From Amoebophrya sp. A120 (taxonomy: Eukaryota; Protista; Dinoflagellata), in contig CAJINV010000011.1 in assembly GCA_905178155.1 (NCBI GenBank), positions 493,914 to 557,913 of the forward strand: 64,000 bases of DNA, written 5' to 3'. This document shows, one piece after another, positions 1 to 13,198 of the stretch. Position numbers and translations under genes: made by a program. Within the stretch, counting starts at the first letter, position 1; each line of letters opens with the position of its first letter. The notes under the pieces were generated by a model that was not told the DNA's origin, made no database searches, and saw only the letters and a list, made by a program, of their open reading frames with translations.

Positions 1-3000
1 CTTGACCCGGCTGCGGAGACCGAAACTGATGCCGTGGTTGATGCTGCGGTAGAGGCTAAACTCTCTTCCGAAAAGGAACTGCCAATCACGCGCGGCGACG
101 CACCAGGATGACCAGCTGCTCCTGCTCTCGGAAATGAACCGAAGCCAGACCTGCTCTTGCTCGGGAGGGATCTGGAAAAAGCTCCGCCGGATATCCAACA
201 AAAAAAGATTGTAGGTGTAACTTTTTTGGCGGATCAGCATTACAAGCCTGGCTGGCATGAGAGCAGAAACCTGTCATGCGCAGATAGCAGGCCAAAACGC
301 GCGTGAACGGACCCTGCAATGCATATCCAGCATGACAGACGCAATCATCCTACGTGTTGCGCATCACAAACTTACAGCTAACAATGTTTTTTTCCTGCAT
401 ATCGGAGTTGTGACCACCGCCATTATTGCTGTCGTTGGAATTCCTTCTCCCGAACGAGCCACTGTTCCCACCACCAGAAGAACCTCCACCGAAGGACCCC
501 GATCCACCTCCGAAGGAGCCGTTTGCCGACCCTGGCCCTCCTGGTCCGCCGCCCCCGCTCATGGGGTCGTCTGGGTCCGAAGAATCGGTCCTTCTCCGGG
601 GTGGTTGCTTTTCTTTCTCCTCCGCTACCGTGGTGACCCCGAAGTTCTTATACGCCTCCGGCGTGGGAAATATCCGCCGGTCGATGATTTTGTAGCAGGT
701 AACCTCCTGCGAGTCCGTGTGGTCCACGTCCACCGGGTAGCTGGCCAGGCGAGGCCCAAAGTTGCGCTCGAACAGCAGCTTCAAGGCCTTCCCACCGAGT
801 TTTACCTCCATCGAGGAGTCGCACTTCAGCCACGAGCGACCTGAGGTGTATTGGTCGTTGTGATTTTTGATTTTCAAAATGAACAGGTGAATATCTTCTA
901 CTAGCAGAAGTGCTCGGCTGAGATCCTTTGTGTTGTACCGCTACGTTGTACCAGCACGGCGAATTATCCCGCGCTATAATAAAACCAAGTCCATGTTCAG
1001 TACCGAGCTTCGTATCTTTACTGCCCATGGATCGCACCCGGCTGTCTTCCGACTTCAGCCCGTTCCGCTGTCTCGGCGAGGCCAGCACGCCAGTACCTTT
1101 CGACAGCAAATCCCGCAGTTGGTCCTCCTGCAGAGTCCGGTGGGCAAAGCTCTCCGTCACCTGCATTTTGGTTGCCGACGGAAAGACGCCGATGCTCATC
1201 GCCCGCACATTCCGGTGCTGGCGCGACTGTGCTAGCTTTTCCAGCTTCACGCGGCGCCAGTACCGCGCGTCGTTCTGATGTGCCGCTTTTGCTTTATTTT
1301 CCTGTCTATGAAATGCAAAAGCATCCTATCGTACTCGTATAAATGCATTACAAATTTACTCAGCATGTGAAATATAATTTGTCATGCTGATTTGCCTTGG
1401 GAACAAGATTTGTAATGCAAGACTTGCATTTATACGAGTACGATACTTTTGCACAGGATACTGTCCGGTGGCCGCGGCCACGGCGCGGTCGGCCCCGCCA
1501 GTCGTCTCTAGAGTCTGGGAAGATGCCATATGGTATTGAAAAACCTCCCCACCTTATACTGTAGTTGTAATGCAACTCTGCATGCTGAAAATCTTTCTCA
1601 TGCGGAGCCCCATGAGAAGCATTTTACAGCTGCGCTCTGGAATTTGCCATGCTCCAATCAGCATGATGTGCGAGATCTGTGATGCTACAGGGCTAACTCA
1701 AACAGGACTACTCTACGTGTCCAAACTTGTCATGCAAAACAGCCAAAACTCGTGGATTTGTCTAGCCGATTCCCCATCTTGACTATGGAGTGGGGACGTT
1801 TTTACATAGGATATGCCAGCGCCTTGCCGTAGCTGTCCTCAACTTCGACGGTCAGAAAGTCCCCGACCTTCAGCCTGGCTCCCTCCTGATACGCCACCTC
1901 ACGGGGCAGGCTATCGGTGTGATGCTGATGAATACCTGAAGATTCAAATAGAATAAATATCGGGCGATTTTGAATTCAAAAAGGAGGTGCGTAAAAACGT
2001 CGTCGCAAAAGATGAACCAACTGCTTATGTTCATGTTGCATATTGAAATCATTCGGGTCCACATAATTTTTACCTTGCTCTTTCAAGTCCGCCATTTGGT
2101 GGTACTCCGGGATCACGATGTATCACACAGAAAAAAGTGTTACAGTTACACATTTGTAGTCAATTCAGCAACACAAATTTCTCTGCATGGGAGAGAAAAC
2201 TCGTAATGCAGAAATCCTACGGGGAAACGCCTGTGAAACGAGGCCCCTATGCATATCCGGCATGACAGAGCTTGTCTGTCTTGCTTGGCCTGCAACACAA
2301 TGTGTAACTGTAACACTTTTTTCTTGCGATACGATGTCAAACGTGTTGAGTAGCTGCCCCTCGAGGTCCCGTGGTACCCGGACCAGGGAGCGCTTTGGAC
2401 TGTCCCAGGCCGCACCGTCGCCCGGATTCGTCGTCCCTTCGTCGTCGGCGTTTGCGTGCACGGGCACCGGCTCGAGCCCGCAGCGGTACCGGCCGGCGCA
2501 AAAATTCGCAGGTTGCTCCCGCCGGCACTGGATCAGGGGTGCGGTGCTGCGCAACTTCTGGTCCACGCGAAAGCGCTGGGACTTCTCCTGCAGGGCGCGC
2601 GGCGGCACGGACCGCGCACGTGACTTCCGCGCCTCCACAATGGTGTCGTAGTACCTGCCGCGCCGAAAGGTGTCGCCGAGTCCACGGTAGTTTGGATTGG
2701 ACATCAACCCGTCCTCCTCGTCGTCAACCGGGGATTCATCCGCCGGTGAGTTTTTGCTACTAGACAACGTACTGCTCGTGCGGCTTTTCGATGTTATTAA
2801 CGCAGCCGCATTTTTGTTCTTCGTCATCGCTGCCCCCCTTCGCCGCAGGCTGTCGGTGCTCAAATCCAGGGCCGCGCCCAGGTTTTGCGAGGAAGTAGTA
2901 GAGGTCGGAGTGCCCCCACTCGACGTGGCGCTTCTTTCCGACACCGAGTGCGCGCTCAGCGGACTACTCCCACTGGGTGCGGCAACTTTCGAGTACGCGG

Positions 3001-6000
3001 GCTTCTGGAAGGGCAGGAAGCCGGTCATGCCGCCAATCGTCGCCGCGGAGAGCATGACCACATCGGAGTTTGTGCAGTACAGCAATTTCGTCGAGCTCTG
3101 TTTTAGGTGCAGTTTTCGGTCGTACCGAAACGCCCGCGCTAACGCGCTGTGCAGCCGCGTGATCGGGTTTTTGGGCGCGTCCGGGATCTGGCTCTCGGGG
3201 CCGACCATGCTGTGGCTCCCCCACTGCAGCGGACGGCCGGATTCCCAAGGGGAAACGAGGTTAACCGACCGCCCAATTCCGATCGGGGGTCCCGTTGCCG
3301 ATCTTGATGCCATGTGGTCTACCCCAACAGAGGAACTACTACCAGGCAGTCTTTGCAGCGCCACCTCGCTCAAAACAATAGAGCGCTGAATATCGACCGC
3401 AAGTTCGGGAAGGGCGGTAACCGCGGGGGCGATTTTATTTAACGATGGATGGTTTGTCTGGTCTGTTGAAACTGCGAGGTTGCTAAATTTCGCCGTCAAG
3501 GAATCCAGATTTTTGCTATCCTCGGATATTAGACCACGCCGCTCGTAGCTCCCCACGGTGCGCTCCCGTCGTCTTGGAGTTTCACTTCCAGGCGAAGCTT
3601 GACCTTCATTTCTAAATTGGAAAGAGGACTGCTGTCCAACCAGTGTATTTCTACCTCCTCCGACTACAACAGGCGAGGAGCCGCTTTGGTCGCTACTTGT
3701 ACTACCCGACGTGTAATCCGACCTCTTCGCGATTCCCCGTTTCCACTCCGTCGCGTCGAGAAACGTGCGGGGGTCGATCGTGCGCGATTGCGCGGAGGAT
3801 AACTCGTCACCCGTCGGGCTTCTGGATGCAAATCTTGAGGATTTCTGCAGTCTCGACTCTTCTGCCTCTGCCACCGCGGAAATCTTCGCCTCCGGGGGCA
3901 GTTTGTAGTCCAGCACGGATTCTATTATCCTATGTAGAAACATCCCCACCCCATAGTCAACATGGGGAATCGGCTAGACAAGTCCGCGAGTTTTGGCTGT
4001 TTTGCATGACAAATTTGGGATCGCAGGGTAGCGCTGTTTGAGGTAGTTCAGCAGCGTCACAGATCTAGTATACCATGCTCATTGGCGCATTACAAATTCC
4101 AAAACACAACCAGAAAATGCTTCGGATGGTGCTCCGCATGACAAACATTTGGAGCATGCAGGTTTGCATGACAACTCTGGGGTGGGGACGTTTTTACACA
4201 GGATATCTATCAGCGTCCAGTTATCTTCGTCCAGCGCGTTCGTGCCGTGCGCGACACTGGTCGACATCGCCGGACGATTCACCTCCAATTCGATGTACTC
4301 GCCGGCCTTGAGCGGAAACCCCGGCTTCGCCCGCAGTTGCGCGTCGCTGGCCAGCCGTCCGGCCTCTTTCTTTGCGCCCACCGCGATCTGTTCGGGAATC
4401 TGCAGCTGAAACCGGATCCGATTGTCCAGGTACGTCCCGACCCCCGCGTTGGGGTGCGCCAGCCCGTAGATCCGCTCCAGATCCCGGCGCGAGGCGTCGC
4501 AGGTGTAGAGTCCGCGACAGTGCCCGTACTCGTTCTCTAACTCGAAGACGTAGTCGTGCGCAAAGAGCGAAACCGGGTCGGTGGTTTGTCGCTGGTAGAG
4601 CGTGCTGACCGGCTGCAACGCGTTAGTACTATGGTGTGCAGCTGCGCCTCCTGCTAGTCCCGCCAGTGAGGATTGAGTCATCGTCCCGTAAATGAACTGC
4701 TTCCACTGGTCCCAGGCCCACTGCATGCTCTGGCGGGAGGCGGAGGAGGGGAGATTGTGGAAAAACACCATCTGGTCGTCGCTATCGGCGTCGGTGGTGG
4801 TCATGCTGCTGTAGAGGTCCATCAAAAACCGGTCGCCGGCGAGAGGATGGGGTGCCGCACCGGGTTATGCTGAGTAAAAACGTCCCCACCCCATACTTGT
4901 CATGCAGATTTGCAGTCAGAGGAAGATTTGTAATGCGCATCCCCATGAGATGCATTTCCAATCGTGTTTTGGACTTTGTAATGCTGTAAACAGGATGACT
5001 AGATGGATTTGTGTTGCGGCTGTACTTGCTAAACTGCACGACACTACAGAGAGGAACTTGTCATGCTTGATTCCCAAAACTTCTCGATTTGTGTTGCGAG
5101 ATCCCCATCTTGACTATGGGGTGGGGGCGTTTTTTCTCAGGATACGGGGACCGTGGCGGGGTCGTCGAGTAACCCCGTGATGTATCCCGTGCAAAAGTAT
5201 CGTACTCGTATAAATGCAAGTCTTGCATGACAAATCTTTTTCTTGAGGCAAATCCGCATTACAAATTTTATTTCTCATGCTGAGGAAATTTGTAATGCGT
5301 TTCGACTAGTACGATACTTTTGCAGTTCATATGATGGCCATTTGCACCGGCGTGCTGCCGCGCGACCAGTCGTCGGTCGGGGTCCCAATCGCGCTGCCGC
5401 CTGCGGTCAACGCTCCCCCGGGCGTGGAGGACCCGCTGGTGGCGAGGGAAAGGCCGAGGTCTAGTGTGTTTCACGAAAAAAAAGTTTGTCACGTATCATT
5501 TCAACATCCTTAACTACGTTTAACAGTAACACGACCACCGGGAATAGAAATTAAGTATGCTGGAAGGACCCCCTCGTTCACGAGGTATTAAAAACCGTTA
5601 TTCATTTATAGATATACCACTTTCCTGCACGAAGACCCAGTTCCCCGTCTTCGCGAACTCCTCCGCGGCTTCCGGTGGAAGGACGTCCATCAAGCCTCGG
5701 TGCGTGGTGTCCAACATGTGCTCGGGCAGACTGCCTTGGTCCCGCATACTTCGTGTCAGCTCCGGGTCGCGGATGCACTTGATCACATCGGACCTCATAT
5801 GCCAGTGCACAACTCCCCCTCCCCCACATTTGTGTAGCATGAACGGCAATACAAGCATCAGCAAGAGTGCCGGTTTTGCATGACAAATTTGCAGTGGAGT
5901 GTAGTGCTATTTGGGCGACCAGAACTTCTCATGCAAACAGTGCCAAGAGGCAAAGGGTGGATTGGGTATTTTGCATGACAAATGAGGGGGAGGGGGAGTT

Positions 6001-8631
6001 GTGCACTGTCATACCTCGAGGCGCCCATGTAGTCGGTGCTCGTCGCGAAGGAATCGCTCCTGCCACCCACCATCGACGTCGGCGACGAGAACCCAGAGCC
6101 CTGATCTAGGCTCAGCGGCCCCGGGCCCGAGCCCAGCGAACGCGCGTAGGGACTCATGGCGGGGCGGATAGAATTCGGGCTGCCGGACGAGGAAGCGTAG
6201 CCGGACGAGCACCGCGTCTCGCAGTTGCTGACGGAATCTCCATATGCATTGCAAAAGAATCGCACTCGTAGTAATTGCAGTCACGCATGACAAATCTGGT
6301 TCCTCAGCTCATTCAGCATTACAACTTCCATTTTTCCTTCTGGAAAAATTTGCAATGCTATTTTTTCTGCTAGTACGATAATCTTGCAATACATACTCCA
6401 ACTCCAGGGTTGGCGCTGCTTCCATTCGAGGTGAACATCCGGCGGAAACTCTTCCCGAGTCCCTTCAAAACGCCGACGTTGCAGCCATCCTTGAGGGTGG
6501 TATTCAGGTCATCGTCGTCCTGGATAAAGCTGCCGCAATTGTTCAACCGCTCCTCTTTGATAGCCACGCGCACCTGCTCGATTAGTCCGTAGAAGCTAGG
6601 GTACAGGAGAATCACGTCCGGGGCGAGGCAGGACATCACCCCGCGCCGCCCCCCGAGCCCGGCGGTGTTATCCCGCTCACCGTTGACAAGTCTCTCCGAG
6701 ACGAAAAACTTCCAGCGCGGGCGGTTCCGGGCGGCGGAACCAGTGCTCGCGGTAGAGCCGACCTGGGATAAAGAAATACAGATTTTTGTTGATAAGCGCG
6801 ATGAAAAGTGATTTTCAACTGATTCTTTGTTGGTCCTATCGCTGGCGTTAACGATCCATATCTTCCTAGATGAAAATTTAGTGAAGATGCGACCGGCACT
6901 TCTCATGATTTTGCGCTTTTAAAGTTTTGATGTACCTTCGCTGCGCCCTTGGGTCTGCTCTTGCTGGCGTCTGACCCGGGTGTGGTTTGGCGCGACCAGG
7001 AGTTGAGGTCGTCGATATCTAGGTCGGAACCCCCTCCCCCCAGGAAGTCGCCCGAACCTCCACCCATCCCGTACACTTGCGAGTCTTCCACGGTGAGCAA
7101 TTTGGATCGCAGCGTCGGCAGGGCTTGCGGCACCTCCGCCTCCCGCACTCCGGGCACCCGCTGCAGCATGCGTGCGCGCAGGTACTGGCCGGGCCGGAGC
7201 TCCGGCATCGGTGCGGACTCGCTGTCATCCAACTCCTTGCTGATCTGTTTCAGCCTTTCCTCGGTGACCAAGGTCGTCGTGCCCCCGCCGTTATTTGTGG
7301 AATCAAGGGAGGACAGACTTTGGTGGCTCCCGGAATTGGTGGACCCCGACAGGATAGAGGAAGCCGGCAGCGACTCGGTGCGACTCAGCGACTTTGGCTG
7401 TTGACTCGGCTGGCTCAGGTAGGAAGAAGAGGTTCCTGCGTTGTCGATGTTGTTGTGCAAGCACAATTTAAAACTACGAAAACGGCAGAAGCGCTAGTAG
7501 GTGCTATCCGACTAAAGGCGCTCGCAAATCTAGTACATTGGAAGGCTTTGCAGTCAAAAATCTAGTTTTCTTCTTTCTACATCGGTCTTGTTTATAACAT
7601 CACGATCACCGCTACATCACTAACACTAGAACGGTCGTCTATGGGCCTCGTTGTCATCACACAAAGCAATCTTCAAAACGATCGAGTAAGTGAGTACTTG
7701 TCAACCCCTGAGAGCCAGACTCCACGACAGCCTTCCATTGTGCCTTGGAGGCTGGCAGGTGCAACACGACCGGGCGATCTTCCGCTAGTCGCAGCGCCGG
7801 GCAGACGTAGGCTCCAAAACACGCCCCGCCCTTCGAGTTTGTCCCCACCGGCGCGCGCCGACTCTGGACCAGGGTTATTTGCTCCTCAACCAGCAAAGTG
7901 GACGAAAGCACGAGCGTCGTGAGCACGCTGGCGAGTTTATTATTCCGTAGTGTTCTCCTCGCAGAGCCGCCGTGTCGCGCGGTCATTTCTCGGCGGTAAG
8001 GGATGGTGTTGGTAAAGTAGTTCAAGTTGCCATCATTACTGCTGGTTTCATCTTCCACCTCGACATAATTCATTTGCTGCATCGCTGTCGACGCCGAATT
8101 CTTATCTACGGGAGCACAAGTAAAACTACTTCTTCTCTGGGGTAGTTCTTGCAAGAAAAATGCTGGTGGTGGCGGTGGTGTTCTAGTTCTTCTTCTCTTC
8201 GTCGCAACAAAGGAGTTCCTTTTGGTGCTGGTAGAAACAAACCCACTGGAGGAGGACGAACTGCGGGCTGAAGTGGAACATACGGCTCGAGCGGGTAGAA
8301 AATCTTCTGCAGCGATAATTGCCCGGCGGGTCGTGGTCCTGATCCCACGACGGCAAAGAGAAGACCTACTTCTCGAACGAGTACCCGGGATTGCGCTGCA
8401 GCGGTTTTTTCGTCCTGCGTGCTGCGGGGGACTTGATGACGAGGAGGATAAACTTGAAGATGTTCTTGCACTAAAAAGGCGGAGTTGCGAACTGCGACTG
8501 CTCCTGCCTGTTCCCCGGCTACAACTACTCGGGTTGTCTAGGTCGTCGTGGGACAAAACTTGAACCTGAGGATCTTCTTCAAAAAAGGTAGTACCGGAGC
8601 TGCATGAGAAAGAGATCGACGTTGAAGACAT
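1..8631 (-). CDS. Large multi-exon hypothetical protein, Ser/Gly-rich; runs off the window at its 3' end; inclusion of the 7657-8631 exon is uncertain
   Basis: ORF pieces 6903-7466, 6370-6906, 5858-6265, 5598-5864, 4079-4825, 2165-3949, 648-1250 and 350-877 appear to join after removing 9 introners and GT-AG introns (e.g. 6763-6935, ~5461-5617). Checked join: ...AAATGQ|ENKAKAAHQNDARYWRRVKLEKLAQ. No recognisable domain. Confidence 0.6.
192..401. mobile_element. Introner/non-canonical intron, family D-like (degenerate)
   Basis: TAT...ATA ends; imperfect TIR aaaaaagattgtaggtgtaa/ttacagctaacaatgttttttt; DR ccgga/tcgga. Confidence 0.7.
1307..1460. mobile_element. Introner, family B (TGCAAAAG-ATCGTAC TIR)
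   Basis: TAT...ATA; DR ctgtc; frame restored on removal. Confidence 0.9.
1529..1813. mobile_element. Introner, family C (AAAAACGTCCCCACCCC TIR)
   Basis: TAT...ATA; DR tgcca; similar to 58769-59051. Confidence 0.9.
2121..2331. mobile_element. Introner, family D (GAAAAAAGTGTTACAGTTACAC TIR)
   Basis: TAT...ATA; DR cgatg; similar to 39403-39616. Confidence 0.9.
3926..4205. mobile_element. Introner, family C (opposite orientation to 1529-1813)
   Basis: TAT...ATA; DR tctat; TIR ccccacccca/tggggtgggg. Confidence 0.9.
4866..5144. mobile_element. Introner, family C
   Basis: TAT...ATA; DR cgggt/cgggg; similar to 21670-21948. Confidence 0.9.
5183..5331. mobile_element. Introner, family B
   Basis: TAT...ATA; DR tgatg; TIR tgcaaaagtatcgtact/agtacgatacttttgca. 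Confidence 0.9.
5798..6013. mobile_element. Introner, family E (GTGCACAACTCCCCCTCCCCC TIR)
   Basis: TAT...ATA; DR cctca/cctcg; perfect TIR of about 22 nt. Confidence 0.9.
6243..6395. mobile_element. Introner, family B
   Basis: TAT...ATA; DR ctcca. Confidence 0.85.
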
Positions 8632-9799
8632 GTTCAAAATACGAAGTGGATCAACAAAATTATAATGCTTTATATATTCGGTTTGGCAGATTCAAAAATG
8701 CAAACTTCAATACAGATCCAAAGCGCCTTCTGATCTTCCCGCGCGAGAAATAGTTCCGTGCCTAATCTATTTCAGAAGATGCCATCATACGATTTGACAA
8801 TACAATTGAATTTTCTGCATTGAAAAAAAGACCGAGCTTTCATACCAAGCTCTGAAAATAAATCTGCAAACACGCACGACCTGGGTGAAAACGAAAAACC
8901 ATTCAGAATCTGCTTGTTAAAAAAAAAGAAAAAAGGAACAACAACAATATCGCAACGCTGCTCGGATCCGACCACCACCACTTCTTGACAAGGCATTCTC
9001 ATGCACTTGCTGCTGTGTCTCGTCTAACATATCAACCGTAAACCACATAAAAAGTGCGGCATTCAAGTGGAATTATTTTGTCTAGAAACGAATCTCTTAG
9101 GAAATTCTTCTTTTGCCAGTACTGCACAAGATGAAAAGGAATAGCTTTCTTGAAAATAAGTAAGCAAAGACCATGGACCACGTAGAGTTACCTTTTAATC
9201 TTACAACAGTACTTGCTTCCACGTGCAAGAGTGGCCCACTCACGACACTTTCCTTTTTGTTGAACTTCAAACAGTTTCTCTCATTTTGATCTTCTGACAT
9301 GGCTCTACGTCTACCACTTCGATTGCTTAACCTCGTAGGTACATTTGTTCGCATACTTATGCAGTAAAAACTAAACCACTCTATGTTACATTTTACAACC
9401 ACTTGGTGTACTGCTAGAATAGTGGAGAAAAAAAGCTGCAACAGATACTACGGAACCCCAAAAAGCTGCTGAAACTGAAACGCATTCCATACTTCCCAAA
9501 ACGATCAATAAGGGACTTCTAACCAATCGTTCATTTCCAGCGACATAAAAATCAGAGAGCGAAACCACACTGATAAAGGTGCTGCGAAAAGTAGTAGTAG
9601 AGAAACTAGTACAAGGCTGACGGACTTTTGATAGTACGTTGAATGATTTTGTTGACCACGAAAATATTGTTGTTACTAGACCACAATCTCTACAGCTATC
9701 GGCTTCTTCGTAAAAATCATGTAACTGATAAAAAGATATCATCTGTTCCCGCAAGACGTCGACCACGGCGTCACCACATAATTGCCCGTATCCCCTGCC

Positions 9800-12450
9800 T
9801 CAGTGCCCGTGTCCCGCGTGGCCCCCTGCGGCAGCGGTTCCCCCATGCCCCACATGTCCGCCGCCAGAGCAGTGTTCGTGCTGCAGTAGCGCGAGGCCGA
9901 TCAGGACAGCGCCAAGGACGAACAAGCCCAGCATCTTCAGAGCATGCACCGGATCCGCCGCCTTCTGTGCGCCCACCCCACCCGTCGGCGGGACCGCACG
10001 GCCCATGCACTATGCATTGCAAATATGTAGTCTGGGTCGACGGGGAACGTGCAGACTGTGTAGTTCTTGGGTGTTTTGCATTCCTGCAGAATGATCTGTA
10101 AGTGGTACTTTAGTAACCTGTCATGCGTGGCTGCACTTCAGGCAAATTACCGAATCTCTTCATCCGCACGTCCGCATCACAGATTCACTTATGCCAAAGC
10201 CCAGACTACATATTTGCAGTGCTTATGCATTCCACGCACGCCAAATACGCGTAGGTACCACCGCCGAAGGAAACGATGAGCCCGATGGTGACCTTGTCGT
10301 AGTCGTATCCCACGAAAAAACTGCTTCAACACTGTGATGATTTTGCAAGTAGATCTGCATCTTCACAAGAAGTTTGTTACACATGACAAAGAAAACTTGG
10401 CATGCGTGCTTCCTAAGGGAAAACACAGCTAAAATTCCAATGTCTTGCAGGTGTAGCAACACAAACACACGACACTTGCGTTCCGTGCTATGCATCACAA
10501 GTTTACAGTGAAACAGTTTTTCCTTGCGATAAGTCGCTCGCCAACGCCAGTACGCCGCCCAGCATGACGCTCAAGCCAGAGCAGAAGTTCAATCCCAGCG
10601 CTTTCACCGGCGACAACCCGCCCGGGCCGGTGAGCATCTATCAAATGCAAACATGTCTGGGTCTGGAAGATTCCGAGATTTGTCATGCAGTTTTTCCAAG
10701 CTCCGCCAAGTCTGTAGTGCAGGGCCTAGCATCACAGGTTCTGCAGCCCCTTGGTGATGCCTACATGAGAAATGCCCTCTCAGCATGGCCAGAACAAATG
10801 GGACCCTTTTGCAAGTCATGCAACACAGATTTTTGTATGATCCGCAACACACATCACAAGTTCGCATCCTTCCAGACCCAGACATTTTTGCAGTTGATAG
10901 CATCAGGTAGTCCGCGATTTCCTGCGCAATCTCGTGCAACACGGCCCCGAGCGCGACGATCCACCCGCGCGTGTGGCTGCAGGTGAGAAACGCGGCGCCG
11001 ATGAAAATGCCGTCCGCGAAATTGTGGAAAAAGTCACCGAGCAAGACGGACACTAGTAAAGTGCCGGACAGCTTCTTCAACATCGGCTCCTCCTCCACGA
11101 CCACATCCTGCGACGCAACGCCGCCCAGCTATGCATTGCAAAAATGTCTGGGTCTGGAAGGATGCAACTAGTAATGCTAATTGTGGATCGTGCAAAAATC
11201 TGTGTTGCATGAATGCCAAAAGTTGTCCACTTTTGACCAAGTTGAAACGAAGTTTCTCATGCAGATTAAGCATGATAGGAATCTCACAGAACCTGTCATG
11301 TTAGGTCCTGCATTCAAACGACATGGATCATGGAAAATCTGCATGGTAAGTCTCGGAATCTTGCAGACCCAGACATATTTGCATTTGATACCAGCTCAGC
11401 CGCGGCCACTTTGTTATGCACCGGTGTTCCGTCCTCAATAGCTGCACCTGCTGGTGCAGCTGCTGCACCTTGCCCCAGGCACAACTGGAACAAAGAGGAA
11501 GCCAGCGGGGGCAAGAGGAAGCCGACCAGCAGTGCGGTGCCCCACAGGAAGACAACGGTGCTCTCCTCCGCGCTCTTCATGCCGTCCTGGATCAGATGCG
11601 TGGCCTCAAACCACATGAAGTATGCCGCGGCGGCCAGCAGCGCCCCGGCCGCGAACGCGGAAGAGCCCGCGATCCAGCTGTTTTCATGCGTCTTTTTCGC
11701 ATGCGCCGTGTTGAAGTCGTCTCCCTCTTCCTTCTTCCCGCAAAGCAGCGTTCCGGCGACGAAAAGGACGCCCGTGAAGGCGATCAAGTTGACCATCAGG
11801 CACGCTAACAGCATCTCGCCCCAGGGTTTGTGGTCGTGGTCGTCGTGGGCAGCCGCGGCTGTGGTCGTGGCTGCGTGCGCTTCGTGCAGCTTGTGCGCCG
11901 CGGCAATCACGTGCCCTTCCCCGTCGGTGACTTTCAAGTGCGAGAACACCGTGGAGGAATTAGAGAAGAGCAGGATGTGGCTCGCGGACGACAGATCCAG
12001 CTTGAAGAGCTTCATCGGGACCGTCGTCGAAGCGGAAGACGCAATCAACCGGTACGCGCAGGTATTATTCGGGGTGAACGTCAACTCCGAAGCGGCGACG
12101 GACGCCGGCGGGAAGGTGTCGTACGGGTTGAGCAACGAGGTGACGTTTTTCACACACCCATCCCCGTCCTCCGCTTCGTGCAACAGTTCCTTCGCGGTAT
12201 CCTGCACGGCGTGGTGATCATTGTCAATCACTGCCTCGGCGATGGCGGCGGTGGCCGTGGAAGTGACCACGAGGAAAGGATCCGTGGTCGCGGCCTCGAG
12301 CCACAAAAAGTACGCGCTTTCGGGGGTGTTGTAGGTGGCGCCCCAGTTGATCTGCCCCTCGTGTCCATGCGCGTGCGTCGTGGCCTGGCCCGGCGTGCAG
12401 GCCAGCAGGAGGCCTGCTCCGAGCCGCGTTGCGAAAGATGTCGACCTCAT
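9800..12450 (-). CDS. ZIP (SLC39/LIV-1-like) zinc/metal transporter, paralogue 1; 4 introner-type introns
   Basis: Signal peptide (MRSTSFATRLGAGLLLAC), His-rich segments, multiple TM helices, ZIP motifs GDFFHNFADG and LHEIAQEIADY, His-rich C-terminus; ATG 12450, stop 9800. Confidence 0.9.
10011..10225. mobile_element. Introner, family G (TGCAAATATGTAGTCTGGG TIR, related to A)
   Basis: TAT...TTA ends; DR tgcac/tgcat; perfect 19-nt TIR. Confidence 0.85.
10306..10531. mobile_element. Introner, D-related variant
   Basis: TAT...ATA; DR agtcg; TIR gaaaaaactgcttca/tgaaacagtttttc. Confidence 0.85.
10639..10899. mobile_element. Introner, family A (TGCAAAAATGTCTGGGTCTGGAAG TIR)
   Basis: TAT...ATA; DR gcatc. 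Confidence 0.92.
11130..11390. mobile_element. Introner, family A (reverse orientation relative to 10639-10899)
   Basis: TAT...ATA; DR ccagc. Confidence 0.92.
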
Positions 12451-13198
12451 GTTTTTGGAGATGAATGCTGTGTGGGTGGAAAATTCCCAATGCTTGCTGA
12501 GTACCGTCGGAAATGATACAGAGTGGGGAAAACTTCGAAATTCGGTTTTCCTATAATCACACAATAGCAGCCGCAGAAAAGAAATCAGAGACGTAGATTG
12601 AGCCAAATACAACCAGCAGGCCTAGGCGTTCCAAATATCCGCTCACATTCATCACAGCTAAAGTTCCCCCCCCAAACTACCTCTCTGCAACCACAGCCCT
12701 CCGCGCAATCACTTTTCTCTCTTCGCACGACCGGATGAGAAACAAAAAACATTTTCTCTAAAAACAGGACAAACCCACAGATGTGATTGGCCACACCCCA
12801 GCTCCAAAGCAGCTTTTCTTGATTATTTTTTGTCGCGCTTTTACAATTACAATTACAATTTATTCACTTCACTTCGAGGGGTGGTGGTTGGCGGTGGCCT
12901 CTTCGCATGTGGCTCACTAGACCGGGGCAGGGAACGACGCAACGCTATGCACCACGGAAGATCTCCCGAGACTACAACCCTATTGGTTCAACAGAGGAGT
13001 CAAAGTGAGAGGAGACTCATTCTTTCAGTCCTCGCGCGCGCAGGGACTAACTGCGCGAGGCTCAACGTTTCAGCGCCCTGACTCCGGGGTCGCTACCGGA
13101 GTGAACTGCTTCTTCTGATCCCGACCCAATACATAGCTGTGCGTTGTGCGCTCGGCCAGGCGCGGGGCCGAGAGGGCCGTCGTGATCGCAGTTTCGTG

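Noticed and set aside
10564-11441. Many short ORFs with recurrent peptides (FQTQTFLH, MSGSGR, QICLGLE, KNVPTP) suggesting a protein family
   Set aside because: They are translations of introner TIRs, not genes.
11330-12516. Long plus-strand ORFs overlapping minus-strand genes (also 2697-3389, 59310-60482)
   Set aside because: They are antisense shadows of GC-rich, codon-biased exons with no recognisable domains.
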